Source of the DNA: an uncultured bacterium
GTDB lineage: Bacteria > JAGOEH01
Length of the DNA: 64,000 bases
Direction: 5' to 3'
NCBI GenBank assembly: GCA_964632485.1
Contig: CAZWDO010000004.1
Span: 1-64,000 of the forward strand
Shown here: piece after piece, positions 29,790-37,995 of the stretch
How positions within the stretch are numbered: the stretch's first letter is position 1
Layout: every line of letters starts with the position of its first letter
Program-made: the position numbers and the translations under genes
Notes under the pieces: model-generated
Database searches by the model: none
What the model was told of the DNA's origin: nothing
What the model saw: only the letters and a program-made list of their open reading frames with translations

Positions 29790-30658
29790 TTACTTCCGAA
29801 GAAATTATCCGGCAAACCCATCGCATCTATACGAATTCCCCAGCCGTCCGGAAAATGGCCCAATTGCTCGAACGCGCAGGCGCCAGGCCAGGAGAGTTTA
29901 TTGAACTGATCAAATTCGATTCGGCTTTAGTGGCAAATCTTTTACACGAGTACTTTAAAAAAAACCAGGGAGACCGTATTGAAAATTTGTGTATGGATAC
30001 AATGCTCCCCCGGTTGGGATTTCTTAACATAAAAAAATTAGTATTGAACAACGCGGTCATGCCCTATTATACACAAACTCTTCCCGGATATGAAGATCGC
30101 CAGGGAGAGTTCTTCCGTCATTCAAACTGCGTTTTTTTTCTGGCTAAGCAGATTGCTGAAAAACTTAATTTTCAAAACAATCATCTCATTTTTTTCGCTT
30201 CGATACTGCATGACATTGGAAAATTATTGATCAGCCAATTCGTCATTATCAATTTTCAGGAACATAAAAATAAGATATATAACAAGCGCATTGCTCTGGA
30301 ACATGCCGAGAAGGAACTGCTGCATATCACTCATGACGATTTGGGAGCCGAATTATTAGAATCCTGGCTCATACCTCAGCCGATTGTGGACATTGTTAAA
30401 TTCCATCACAACGTTGACAGAAAAAAAAGCGATATAGCTCTCAGAATCGTTTCTTTGGCTAATGAATTAAGTTCAACGATCGGATATTCAACATTTTACG
30501 ATGAATTACGCGTACAGCAGATTCCATCCATTATGGAGGAATTGGAGCTGTCCAGCTTTGATATTGAACTCATCTTAGCCAAAGTCGTGGATGAACTCGC
30601 TCTTTTCGAAGCATATTTCAACCCAGAAATGACAGCACAACTTCAGGAACCTGTTTAA
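29786..30658 (+). CDS. HDOD domain protein
   Basis: FFRHS, ILHDIGK, H..LGAELLESW.IP, FHH; ATGA coupling to cheD. Confidence 0.9.
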   Translation: MITSEEIIRQTHRIYTNSPAVRKMAQLLERAGARPGEFIELIKFDSALVANLLHEYFKKNQGDRIENLCMDTMLPRLGFLNIKKLVLNNAVMPYYTQTLPGYEDRQGEFFRHSNCVFFLAKQIAEKLNFQNNHLIFFASILHDIGKLLISQFVIINFQEHKNKIYNKRIALEHAEKELLHITHDDLGAELLESWLIPQPIVDIVKFHHNVDRKKSDIALRIVSLANELSSTIGYSTFYDELRVQQIPSIMEELELSSFDIELILAKVVDELALFEAYFNPEMTAQLQEPV

Positions 30659-33221
30659 GAACCCGCTCAATTTGAGAATGATCATGGATCCCTGCCTGAG
30701 CGAAAGAGGGATTTCCACCCCCTTTGCCGCCACATAACCCCGCCAGAGCTGAAACAATTTTACCTGCGTGGAGTTGTTTTTTCGATTTCTGCAATCCTGA
30801 ATCAATTGTCACGATCATCATCATTTTATCTGAAACACGCCCAAAAAGAACGACAACACTCTGGGAAACCTTATCCCTTACAAAATCCGCCGCTTGCCTA
30901 AACGCTTCCTGCGTAGGAAAATCGTCCTCGCCAACAATAAGATTGATACCTTCCATTTGAAGGGGATTCTGAATTAAATCAGCCATCCGGTAACGAGTCA
31001 TCTGGTTTTCTAATTTTTCAAGCGATTGAGATTTCTGTTTTAACTCTTCAATTATATGCACAATTTTTTCAGGCAAATGCTCAAGATTAACGCTAAGAGT
31101 TTGAGAAATTTGACGCAATACGCCGCTTTCCAACTGAATGTGCTGTAAAGCGGACGATCCGGTTTTCGCCTCTATTCGCCGGACTCCTGCGGCAACAGCT
31201 CCCTCATGAATAATGCGAAACAAGCCCAGTTCACCCGTCCGGTGGCAATGTACACCGCCACAAAGCTCCTTGCTAACAGGGCCAATCGTAATAACTCGAG
31301 CGACTGCATTATATTTTTCACCAAATAAAGCCATTGCCCCCTGGGCTTTAGCCTCCTCGATCGGCAACCAGGCCACATTGACCGGGTAATCAGCCATAAT
31401 CCATTGATTGACTTTTTCTTCAATTCCATTCAGCTCGTCGGGATTCAAAGCATGGAAATGAGTGAAATCAAAACGCAATCGCTCATCATTCACCAAAGAT
31501 CCCGATTGATGGATGTGGACTCCGAACAACTCACGTAAAGCTGCCTGGAGCAAATGAGTGGCCGTATGGTGCCGCGCGATGCAGCTTAACCTCGTATAAT
31601 GAACACTCGCCTTAACCTCGGCGGTTTCTATTTGCCCTTTCAGGCGTCCTTTGTGAATGATACCATCCATTGTTTGCTGCGTGTCGTAAACTTCAATCTC
31701 AAATCCCGGCCCGTTAATCCAGCCGGTATCCCCAATCTGGCCACCCGATTCAGCATAAAAAGGCGTTTCCCTAAGAATTATAGCGATCTCGCCTTCCCGG
31801 GGAATACTATATTTGGCAATCTGAGTGAAAATTTCTCCCTGGTCATAGCCGACATAGCGGGAGTGTTCCTGAGGCGTCAGTTCTATCCAATCATTTGCCA
31901 AATCCATAACAAAACGGCCTGTTTTTCGGGATTGGTCTCGGGCATGGGCCATTTGCTGCTGGAATCCTGTGATATCGACTTCCATCTGATTTTCGGCAGC
32001 AATTAACTGAGTCAGGTCTAATGGAAATCCATAAGTATCATAAAGTGTAAACGCGGCATCTCCCGGGATTTTGCTGATTCCCAGCTCACGATTTTGATCA
32101 AGAATCCGATTGATCAAATGCAATCCTTGTTCTAACGTTCGAAAAAACCGCTCCTCTTCGTTTTGAATCACTAAGCTGATATGCTGGCTCTGGGCTTTCA
32201 GCTCGGGATAGGCCTCACCCAAAATAGTAACAACGGTGGGAACCAACTGGTAAATAAATGGTTGTTTCATATTAAGCTGGTGGCCGTAACGGGCGGCGCG
32301 GCGCAATAATCGCCGCAAGACATATCCCTGGCCATCATTAGAGGGCAACGCACCATCCGCTAAGGCTATGGAAAGAGCTCGCACATGATCAGCAATCACC
32401 CGAAAAGACATACCCTCCAAAGCCGGTTCATAATTTACTCCCGTGATCGACACCAGCTTCTCAATCAACGGCCAGAACAAATCCGTTTCATAGTTAGACT
32501 CTTTACCCTGCAAAATGCTCGCCAGCCGTTCTAATCCCATGCCCGTATCAACGTGCTTGGAGGGGAGCTCCTCTAAAGAGCCATTAGAAAGGCGATTATA
32601 TTGAATGAATACCAGATTCCATATTTCCCAAAAACGGCCTCCATCCCACTCCTTAGATCCTTTAGGGAGTGTGGCAAAGGACTCTCCGCGATCATAGTGG
32701 ATTTCTGAACACGGTCCACAAGGGCCCACATCGCCCATTTCCCAAAAATTATCTTTCATGCCAAATCTGAGGATGTGGCTGGGATCGATATTCGTATAAT
32801 TACGCCAACACTCTTCCGATTCATCATCGTCGTTAAAAACTGTCGCCCATAAACTAACTGCCGGGATTTTTAGCGTGATCGTCAAAAATTCCCAGGCATA
32901 CTGGATCGCTTCTTTCTTATAATAATCGCCAAAAGACCAGTTTCCCAACATCTCAAAAAATGTATGATGACGGCCATCCCTGCCAACTTCTTCCAAATCA
33001 TTGTGTTTCCCACTCACCCGAATGCATTTCTGATAATTAACAGCTCGCTGATAATCGCGTATTTCCTTATTCAAAAAAATTGACTTGAATTGATTCATCC
33101 CGGCATTTGTAAACAACAGCGTGGGATCATCCTTTGGAATAACCGGAGCGCTAGGAACCCACGTATGATCATACGACTGGAAAAACTCCACAAATTTCTT
33201 TCTTAAATCTTGTCCATTCAT
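30618..33221 (-). CDS. alaS: Alanine--tRNA ligase
   Basis: DPTLLFTNAGMNQFK, HHTFFEMLGNWSFGDY, DTGMGLER, HTATH/ELCGGVH editing site, GGKGGG C-Ala domain. Confidence 0.99.
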   Translation of the reverse strand: MNGQDLRKKFVEFFQSYDHTWVPSAPVIPKDDPTLLFTNAGMNQFKSIFLNKEIRDYQRAVNYQKCIRVSGKHNDLEEVGRDGRHHTFFEMLGNWSFGDYYKKEAIQYAWEFLTITLKIPAVSLWATVFNDDDESEECWRNYTNIDPSHILRFGMKDNFWEMGDVGPCGPCSEIHYDRGESFATLPKGSKEWDGGRFWEIWNLVFIQYNRLSNGSLEELPSKHVDTGMGLERLASILQGKESNYETDLFWPLIEKLVSITGVNYEPALEGMSFRVIADHVRALSIALADGALPSNDGQGYVLRRLLRRAARYGHQLNMKQPFIYQLVPTVVTILGEAYPELKAQSQHISLVIQNEEERFFRTLEQGLHLINRILDQNRELGISKIPGDAAFTLYDTYGFPLDLTQLIAAENQMEVDITGFQQQMAHARDQSRKTGRFVMDLANDWIELTPQEHSRYVGYDQGEIFTQIAKYSIPREGEIAIILRETPFYAESGGQIGDTGWINGPGFEIEVYDTQQTMDGIIHKGRLKGQIETAEVKASVHYTRLSCIARHHTATHLLQAALRELFGVHIHQSGSLVNDERLRFDFTHFHALNPDELNGIEEKVNQWIMADYPVNVAWLPIEEAKAQGAMALFGEKYNAVARVITIGPVSKELCGGVHCHRTGELGLFRIIHEGAVAAGVRRIEAKTGSSALQHIQLESGVLRQISQTLSVNLEHLPEKIVHIIEELKQKSQSLEKLENQMTRYRMADLIQNPLQMEGINLIVGEDDFPTQEAFRQAADFVRDKVSQSVVVLFGRVSDKMMMIVTIDSGLQKSKKQLHAGKIVSALAGLCGGKGGGNPSFAQAGIHDHSQIERVLKQVPEVVLSFLG

Positions 33222-33433
33222 GTCTGCATCCTTCTATAAAATTGGTTTTCACCTGAACCCTTGTAATAAAAAATTGAATGCTATGTTCAGGTGTTTATAA
33301 AAATTGTCACTTTAAAAACCGTCCGAGCATCCTCTGTTCAGACACAGCATCTTCCAGTAAAAGGCCTGAATGGACACTCTTAAAGCCTGACATTCGCTAG
33401 GCGCAGCTATTTTAAGTACAACTTTCAGCATAT

Positions 33434-33462
33434 ATTTTAAAAAAAATATTACTATTTGTCAA
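33434..33462 (-). promoter_or_regulatory. sigma70 promoter for alaS, giving a leader of about 200 nt
   Basis: TTGACA-17 bp-TAAAAT; the -35 box contains the TGA stop of the upstream flippase. Confidence 0.7.
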
Positions 33463-34664
33463 GGTTTTTTTACAATTGCGGGAATCCAGAAGTAGAGACA
33501 GATAAAATTGATTAAATAACTGATTGAAGAGGACCCGGCGATACCGGTGATTCCCCAACCCAATCGATAAGCAACCAGATTCAGGATGAGATTAATGATG
33601 ACAGATAACGCATCGAACCCGGTAACCCAATGCCGATTTCGCGATAAAAAATATTTAGAAACGAGTATTTCGCGCATTCCCAAAAAAAACAGCCCGGGTA
33701 ACAATATCTGGAATGCCGGAACAGCCGGCCGATATTGAGGCAAAAAGCGCGCCAGCAGCGGAGGAATCCCAAAAAAACACAAAACCATAAAGAGAAAAAC
33801 CAGGGGAAGGTACCAGAGGAGCTGCCGGTTAATTAACCGGTTAATGCCCGCGATTTTTAACGGTTGAGCCGAAGTGATGTTAATACGCTGGAGATTGCGT
33901 GGGAAGAGAATAAACAAACTGGTAAAAACAACTGGGACAAAGTAATAGCCCGCTTGTTCGGGCGGTAAAAATAATCCGATGATCAAACGATCGGTTGCTA
34001 AAAGCAGGGATTGCAACCAGCCGGAAAGCGTGACGGGAAATCCGGTTTTCAGCAGCCAGCCCATTAAACGCAGTCGGAAACAACTCAGCCCCAGCCACAA
34101 ATCACCCGTCAATCCCAGGCTGACCAGATCGCTGATAATTTGCGAAATTAGGAACCCGATTGCGCGCCCATAATATAACCCGACCCAACCGCCTGTAAAA
34201 TGGAGTAAAGCGGAAATGAAGAACCAACCGTTTAAACGTCGGTATTGATTGCGAACACTCAATTCAATCTCAATATAAAAAACAAAATATTGAGTGATTA
34301 ACAATATGGCAGATAACCCTGCCAAAACTGGATGATTCAAAAAGAGGGAGTGCAGGAAAAAAAAAACAACTCCGCTAAATACAGCGGAGCTGATAATCGT
34401 TAATTGCGTCGTTTGACATAATTGGCAGAATCTGCTTTTCCCTGCATTCTTTATATAAAAAGCAGAGGCTTTGATCATATATCCATTTAAAATTCCCAAA
34501 TGGCTGGTAGTAGCAAATGCCACAACTACCAAATAAGTGGACCAAAATCCATTAAACTCCAAGTCTGCATATTTAAGTAACAACAAAAAAATAAGGAACT
34601 TGGATATTTGTACAAAGGTCCGTCCCGATGTGAGAAAAAGAAAATCTTGAACCAGTGTACGCAA
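33459..34664 (-). CDS. Wzx-like oligosaccharide flippase (MOP superfamily)
   Basis: About 12 TM helices; LLKTGFP, TDRLIIGLFL...AGYY, INLILNL..WGITGIA. Confidence 0.8.
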   Translation of the reverse strand: MRTLVQDFLFLTSGRTFVQISKFLIFLLLLKYADLEFNGFWSTYLVVVAFATTSHLGILNGYMIKASAFYIKNAGKSRFCQLCQTTQLTIISSAVFSGVVFFFLHSLFLNHPVLAGLSAILLITQYFVFYIEIELSVRNQYRRLNGWFFISALLHFTGGWVGLYYGRAIGFLISQIISDLVSLGLTGDLWLGLSCFRLRLMGWLLKTGFPVTLSGWLQSLLLATDRLIIGLFLPPEQAGYYFVPVVFTSLFILFPRNLQRINITSAQPLKIAGINRLINRQLLWYLPLVFLFMVLCFFGIPPLLARFLPQYRPAVPAFQILLPGLFFLGMREILVSKYFLSRNRHWVTGFDALSVIINLILNLVAYRLGWGITGIAGSSSISYLINFICLYFWIPAIVKKP

Positions 34665-34671
34665 AAAAAAC

Positions 34672-35094
34672 TCAGTTAATTATAAACATAATCAGCATCA
34701 TAACTAAAACCAACCCGAAAAAAATCCATATATACGGATTAATCCGAGTTTCCTCTGCAATACGCACATCCACTTTTGCCCGGTGTTCATCTGCGGTATC
34801 CATCGGAGATACCAAACCTTCAGGAGTAAAAATAACCTTAAAGGTAGTAATTTGCTTATCCTTTTTGACATACTCCTGACTTTCTAATTGATAATAATCC
34901 GAACCCTCAGCAACAATCTGATAATTACCAGCTTCAAGTGTAGTGGTACTTTTACGGAACGTATAGTCGGGGAAAAGCTTTGTTTGAGTCGGCACTTTAA
35001 TCCAAAGCTGAGTGTATATAGTTTCTTTCGCAACCATATCACCTGCCAGAGACAGGACTACCAGCAACAAAAAAACAAAAAAACTTTTCATCAT
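34672..35094 (-). CDS. Hypothetical exported protein with C-terminal membrane anchor
   Basis: Signal peptide, C-terminal TM helix, GAGGAG SD. Confidence 0.7.
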   Translation of the reverse strand: MMKSFFVFLLLVVLSLAGDMVAKETIYTQLWIKVPTQTKLFPDYTFRKSTTTLEAGNYQIVAEGSDYYQLESQEYVKKDKQITTFKVIFTPEGLVSPMDTADEHRAKVDVRIAEETRINPYIWIFFGLVLVMMLIMFIIN

Positions 35095-35126
35095 TTATTC
35101 CTCCTCGGATAATGGTTAAAAGAGAA

Positions 35127-35154
35127 ATTATATAACTTTTCCGTTATTTGTCAA
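35127..35154 (-). promoter_or_regulatory. sigma70-type promoter of the 35094 ORF and flippase
   Basis: TTGACA-16 bp-TATAAT. Confidence 0.65.
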
Positions 35155-35204
35155 GTAAAATATTTAAAAAATCAAAAAAAGGCGCAACATTCTTCAAATA
35201 TAAC

Positions 35205-35233
35205 TTGACAAAAATTGAAAAGTAAATTATTAT
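35205..35233 (+). promoter_or_regulatory. sigma70-type promoter of the TPR-SpoIID-SPOR unit
   Basis: TTGACA-17 bp-TATTAT; implies the TPR gene starts at ATG 35266, not TTG 35215. Confidence 0.7.
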
Positions 35234-35265
35234 TATTAAAATATCGAAAACATAAGGAAAGGAAA

Positions 35266-36138
35266 ATGACAAGTTTTGAATCTATTTTGAGTGATGCGAG
35301 GACGGATGTAACCAACAAACGTAATTTGGCAGCATTACAAAAAGTTTATCGGGTATTGCGCCATGAGCCCACCAATATCGAAGCGATTACCTTGCTCTAC
35401 CAATTGCTGCTTGAAGCCGGCGATCATCCCGGCGCTGAAAAAGCGATTCTAAAACTAATCGCCATGTCCCCCACCCTTGAAAATTTTGAATTGTATGGCC
35501 GCTTTCTAATGGCTGATGGAAAATACAGTTCAGCTTTAAATCATTTTAAAAAAAGTGAAGACGCCGGGAAAATTGATATTGAATTGATGCATGCGATTGG
35601 TTTTTGCTATTTAAAAACCAGTGATTATGAAAAAGCCCTCAATTACTATAGCCGTATTGAGCAGGAAGGGTACTACTTTGAAAATATGGGTTTAATCATG
35701 GGCGAACTTTATTTTGAAAAAAAAGAATATGAACGAGTCATCGAAATAGTCCACAAAGCAATTCAATTCGAAGGAGAAAAAAAGGATTATCTAATCTTGC
35801 TGGCTGATGCCAATTTAATGCTTGAACGTTGGACACAGGCGCTAAAATATTATAAATCGGCCCAGGCTTTTATTCCGGATGATTTCAAATTATGTCGATC
35901 GATTGGATGGACATATTGCAACTTGCGCAATTTTAAGGAAGGTATTAAACATCTCAAAAAAGCAATCAAGCTAAATCCGTACTATATTGAAGGCCATCTT
36001 TCACTGGCTCTTGCATACATTGAAATAGGGGATTTGGACAAAGGCCTGGAAGAATTTCAAAATGTGTTGAAATTTGATCCAGGCAACACGCTTGCCAAGG
36101 AATATGTCCGGAAAATCAGTAAAAATAGTAATTCTTAA
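35266..36138 (+). CDS. Tetratricopeptide repeat protein
   Basis: About 7-8 TPR-like repeats (IGFCYLKTSDYEKAL; LALAYIEIGDLDKGLEEF); AGGA SD. Confidence 0.9.
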   Translation: MTSFESILSDARTDVTNKRNLAALQKVYRVLRHEPTNIEAITLLYQLLLEAGDHPGAEKAILKLIAMSPTLENFELYGRFLMADGKYSSALNHFKKSEDAGKIDIELMHAIGFCYLKTSDYEKALNYYSRIEQEGYYFENMGLIMGELYFEKKEYERVIEIVHKAIQFEGEKKDYLILLADANLMLERWTQALKYYKSAQAFIPDDFKLCRSIGWTYCNLRNFKEGIKHLKKAIKLNPYYIEGHLSLALAYIEIGDLDKGLEEFQNVLKFDPGNTLAKEYVRKISKNSNS

Positions 36139-37324
36139 TTTTTTTTGGGTTTTGTCAACCCTTGTCAATGCCGATTCGTGGGACAAAAACCAGTCAATTA
36201 TTCTTGAGCTGGAACAGAGCAAATCGATGGAATTTACGTTACAAGGCCCCCATAACGTGAGTGTCGCCTCCTATTTTTGGAAAAACTATGAAACCAGAAC
36301 CTATAGGGTTTTATTAACCGGAGATAATCAAATATCGATCCTGGATCAGCAAAACCAAAAGCAGTATTTATTTAAAGATGAAAAAGAAATTAAATTTATC
36401 TCCGCATCCGCTCAAAGCTATTTAAAAATCGGAAAACGGGTTTTCGGCGGATCCTTCATAGTTAAACTGCAAGACTCCTTGCTGACTCTTTCCATGCGAT
36501 TGAACCTGGAGCAATACCTGATGGGCACAATATGGGGAGAAATGGGTAAATGGATCAGTGAGCCGACCGCGGAAGCCATCAAAGCGCAAGCAGTTGTCGC
36601 CAGAACATATTATCTCTACCATTTAAAAAAGATGGGTGTGGATTATCATTTTCCAAGCGATGAGAGTTTTCAAGTGTTTCAGTTTTCCACAGATTATCCC
36701 ACCAATGTCTCTGAAGCTGTGAAAAAAACCGAAGGTGAAATTTTGACCTATATGAATCAACCAATTTTAGCGTTATACAGCAGTGATTGCGGGGGGATGC
36801 CCGCCCAGATATCTGAAGTCTGGGGTGAAAGCAGCAGCGGTTACTACCGCGCAATATGGGATGGACCGGGTTATCAAAATGAATTTTGCAAGTTGGACAC
36901 TAAACATTTTTGGCATATCAGTCTGTCATGCAAAGAGATCAGGCAATTGATGATTACCCGATGGAACCTGCAATCTGACGAAACCATAGTGGATCTGCTG
37001 ATTAATTCCAGATCCGCCAGCGGTCGGGTGAATTCACTTACGATTAAAACCCAACGGAAGGAGTACACTCTTAATAAAGAAGATATCCGTTTTTTTTTTG
37101 CAGGACGGAAATCGGAACGGGGACTTCCTTCACGCCTCTTCGGTATTTACCGGCAATATCATGAATTAAAACTGGAACGCATTGATTTCCTGGGGGTAGG
37201 AATGGGGCATGGGGTTGGAATGTGTCAAAAGGGCGCTTTACGGATGAGTAGCCTGGGATATTCCTATCGTGAAATTCTTGAGCATTACTATCCGTTAGCT
37301 CAAATTATCAAAATGAAACCGTAA
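36104..37324 (+). CDS. SpoIID/LytB domain lytic transglycosylase
   Basis: LEQYLMGTIWGEM, EAIKAQAVVARTY, AVKKTEG, SDCGG, GMGHGVGMCQKGA, ILEHYYP. Confidence 0.92.
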   Translation: MSGKSVKIVILNFFWVLSTLVNADSWDKNQSIILELEQSKSMEFTLQGPHNVSVASYFWKNYETRTYRVLLTGDNQISILDQQNQKQYLFKDEKEIKFISASAQSYLKIGKRVFGGSFIVKLQDSLLTLSMRLNLEQYLMGTIWGEMGKWISEPTAEAIKAQAVVARTYYLYHLKKMGVDYHFPSDESFQVFQFSTDYPTNVSEAVKKTEGEILTYMNQPILALYSSDCGGMPAQISEVWGESSSGYYRAIWDGPGYQNEFCKLDTKHFWHISLSCKEIRQLMITRWNLQSDETIVDLLINSRSASGRVNSLTIKTQRKEYTLNKEDIRFFFAGRKSERGLPSRLFGIYRQYHELKLERIDFLGVGMGHGVGMCQKGALRMSSLGYSYREILEHYYPLAQIIKMKP

Positions 37325-37336
37325 AAGGAGAGAGAC

Positions 37337-37804
37337 ATGAAGCGTAATTATTTACTGACGATCCTGGTCGCCACTCTGATAACCCTCTTGATGGTTATAG
37401 GATGTGGCCGGAAACAAACGAACGCAACAGCCGATCTGGAGCCGACCCTGGAAGAAACTCAGCCGGCCCCGGTATTGGATTTCAAACCAGTGCAGGAAGA
37501 TGTGCCGCCTCCCATGACAACACCGGAACCCGTCATAACAGAACCTGCCACACCCCCGCCACCCCAAATCATTGAGGGATTCCGCGTTCAGATATTCGCT
37601 TTAACAAGCCTTGGCGCCGCCCAGGAGGAAAAAGCTAAAGCCGAACGCAAATTTGTTTATCCAGTTTATATCGACTTTATCGAAAACCAGTACAAAGTTC
37701 GCGTGGGTGATTTCGTGTCGCGTTTTGATGCTGAAACTTTTCGGAATCTAGCAGCGGAATCCTACCAGGATGCATTCATTGTGCCCTGTACTATCAACAA
37801 TTGA
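37337..37804 (+). CDS. SPOR domain lipoprotein
   Basis: Lipobox VIG-C, Pro-rich linker, GFRVQIFA...YKVRVGDF...DAFIV. Confidence 0.9.
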   Translation: MKRNYLLTILVATLITLLMVIGCGRKQTNATADLEPTLEETQPAPVLDFKPVQEDVPPPMTTPEPVITEPATPPPPQIIEGFRVQIFALTSLGAAQEEKAKAERKFVYPVYIDFIENQYKVRVGDFVSRFDAETFRNLAAESYQDAFIVPCTINN

Positions 37805-37807
37805 TCT

Positions 37808-37975
37808 CAGTTTGGCCTATCAATCCGGAATCGTGAGCGAGGGCTTGCGATTCCGGTGGCCGCTCACAATGGCGGATACTGTCTCCTTATCAGGCCAAAG
37901 TGAATACCTATGAATTGCCGGTATGCGCCCGGCAATTCACCCAGCAGGAGATTTATCCAATCCGGGAGACTCCCG
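37808..37975 (+). other. Densely structured intergenic element (candidate ncRNA or cis-regulatory RNA)
   Basis: Nested inverted repeats: TTTGGCCT/AGGCCAAA enclosing a 14-bp stem, plus a perfect 11-bp hairpin at 37911-37939. Confidence 0.5.
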
Positions 37976-37995
37976 ACATTCAAAAGGAATAATAT

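Noticed and set aside
33222-33430. T-box riboswitch or 6S RNA upstream of alaS
   Set aside because: No T-box antiterminator consensus, and the CTGAAC/GTTCAG arms are too close for a 6S rod; kept only as an unclassified leader.
37860-37870. lac operator half-site (ATTGTGAGCGG on the minus strand)
   Set aside because: Only half a site with no vector context; a chance match inside a stem.
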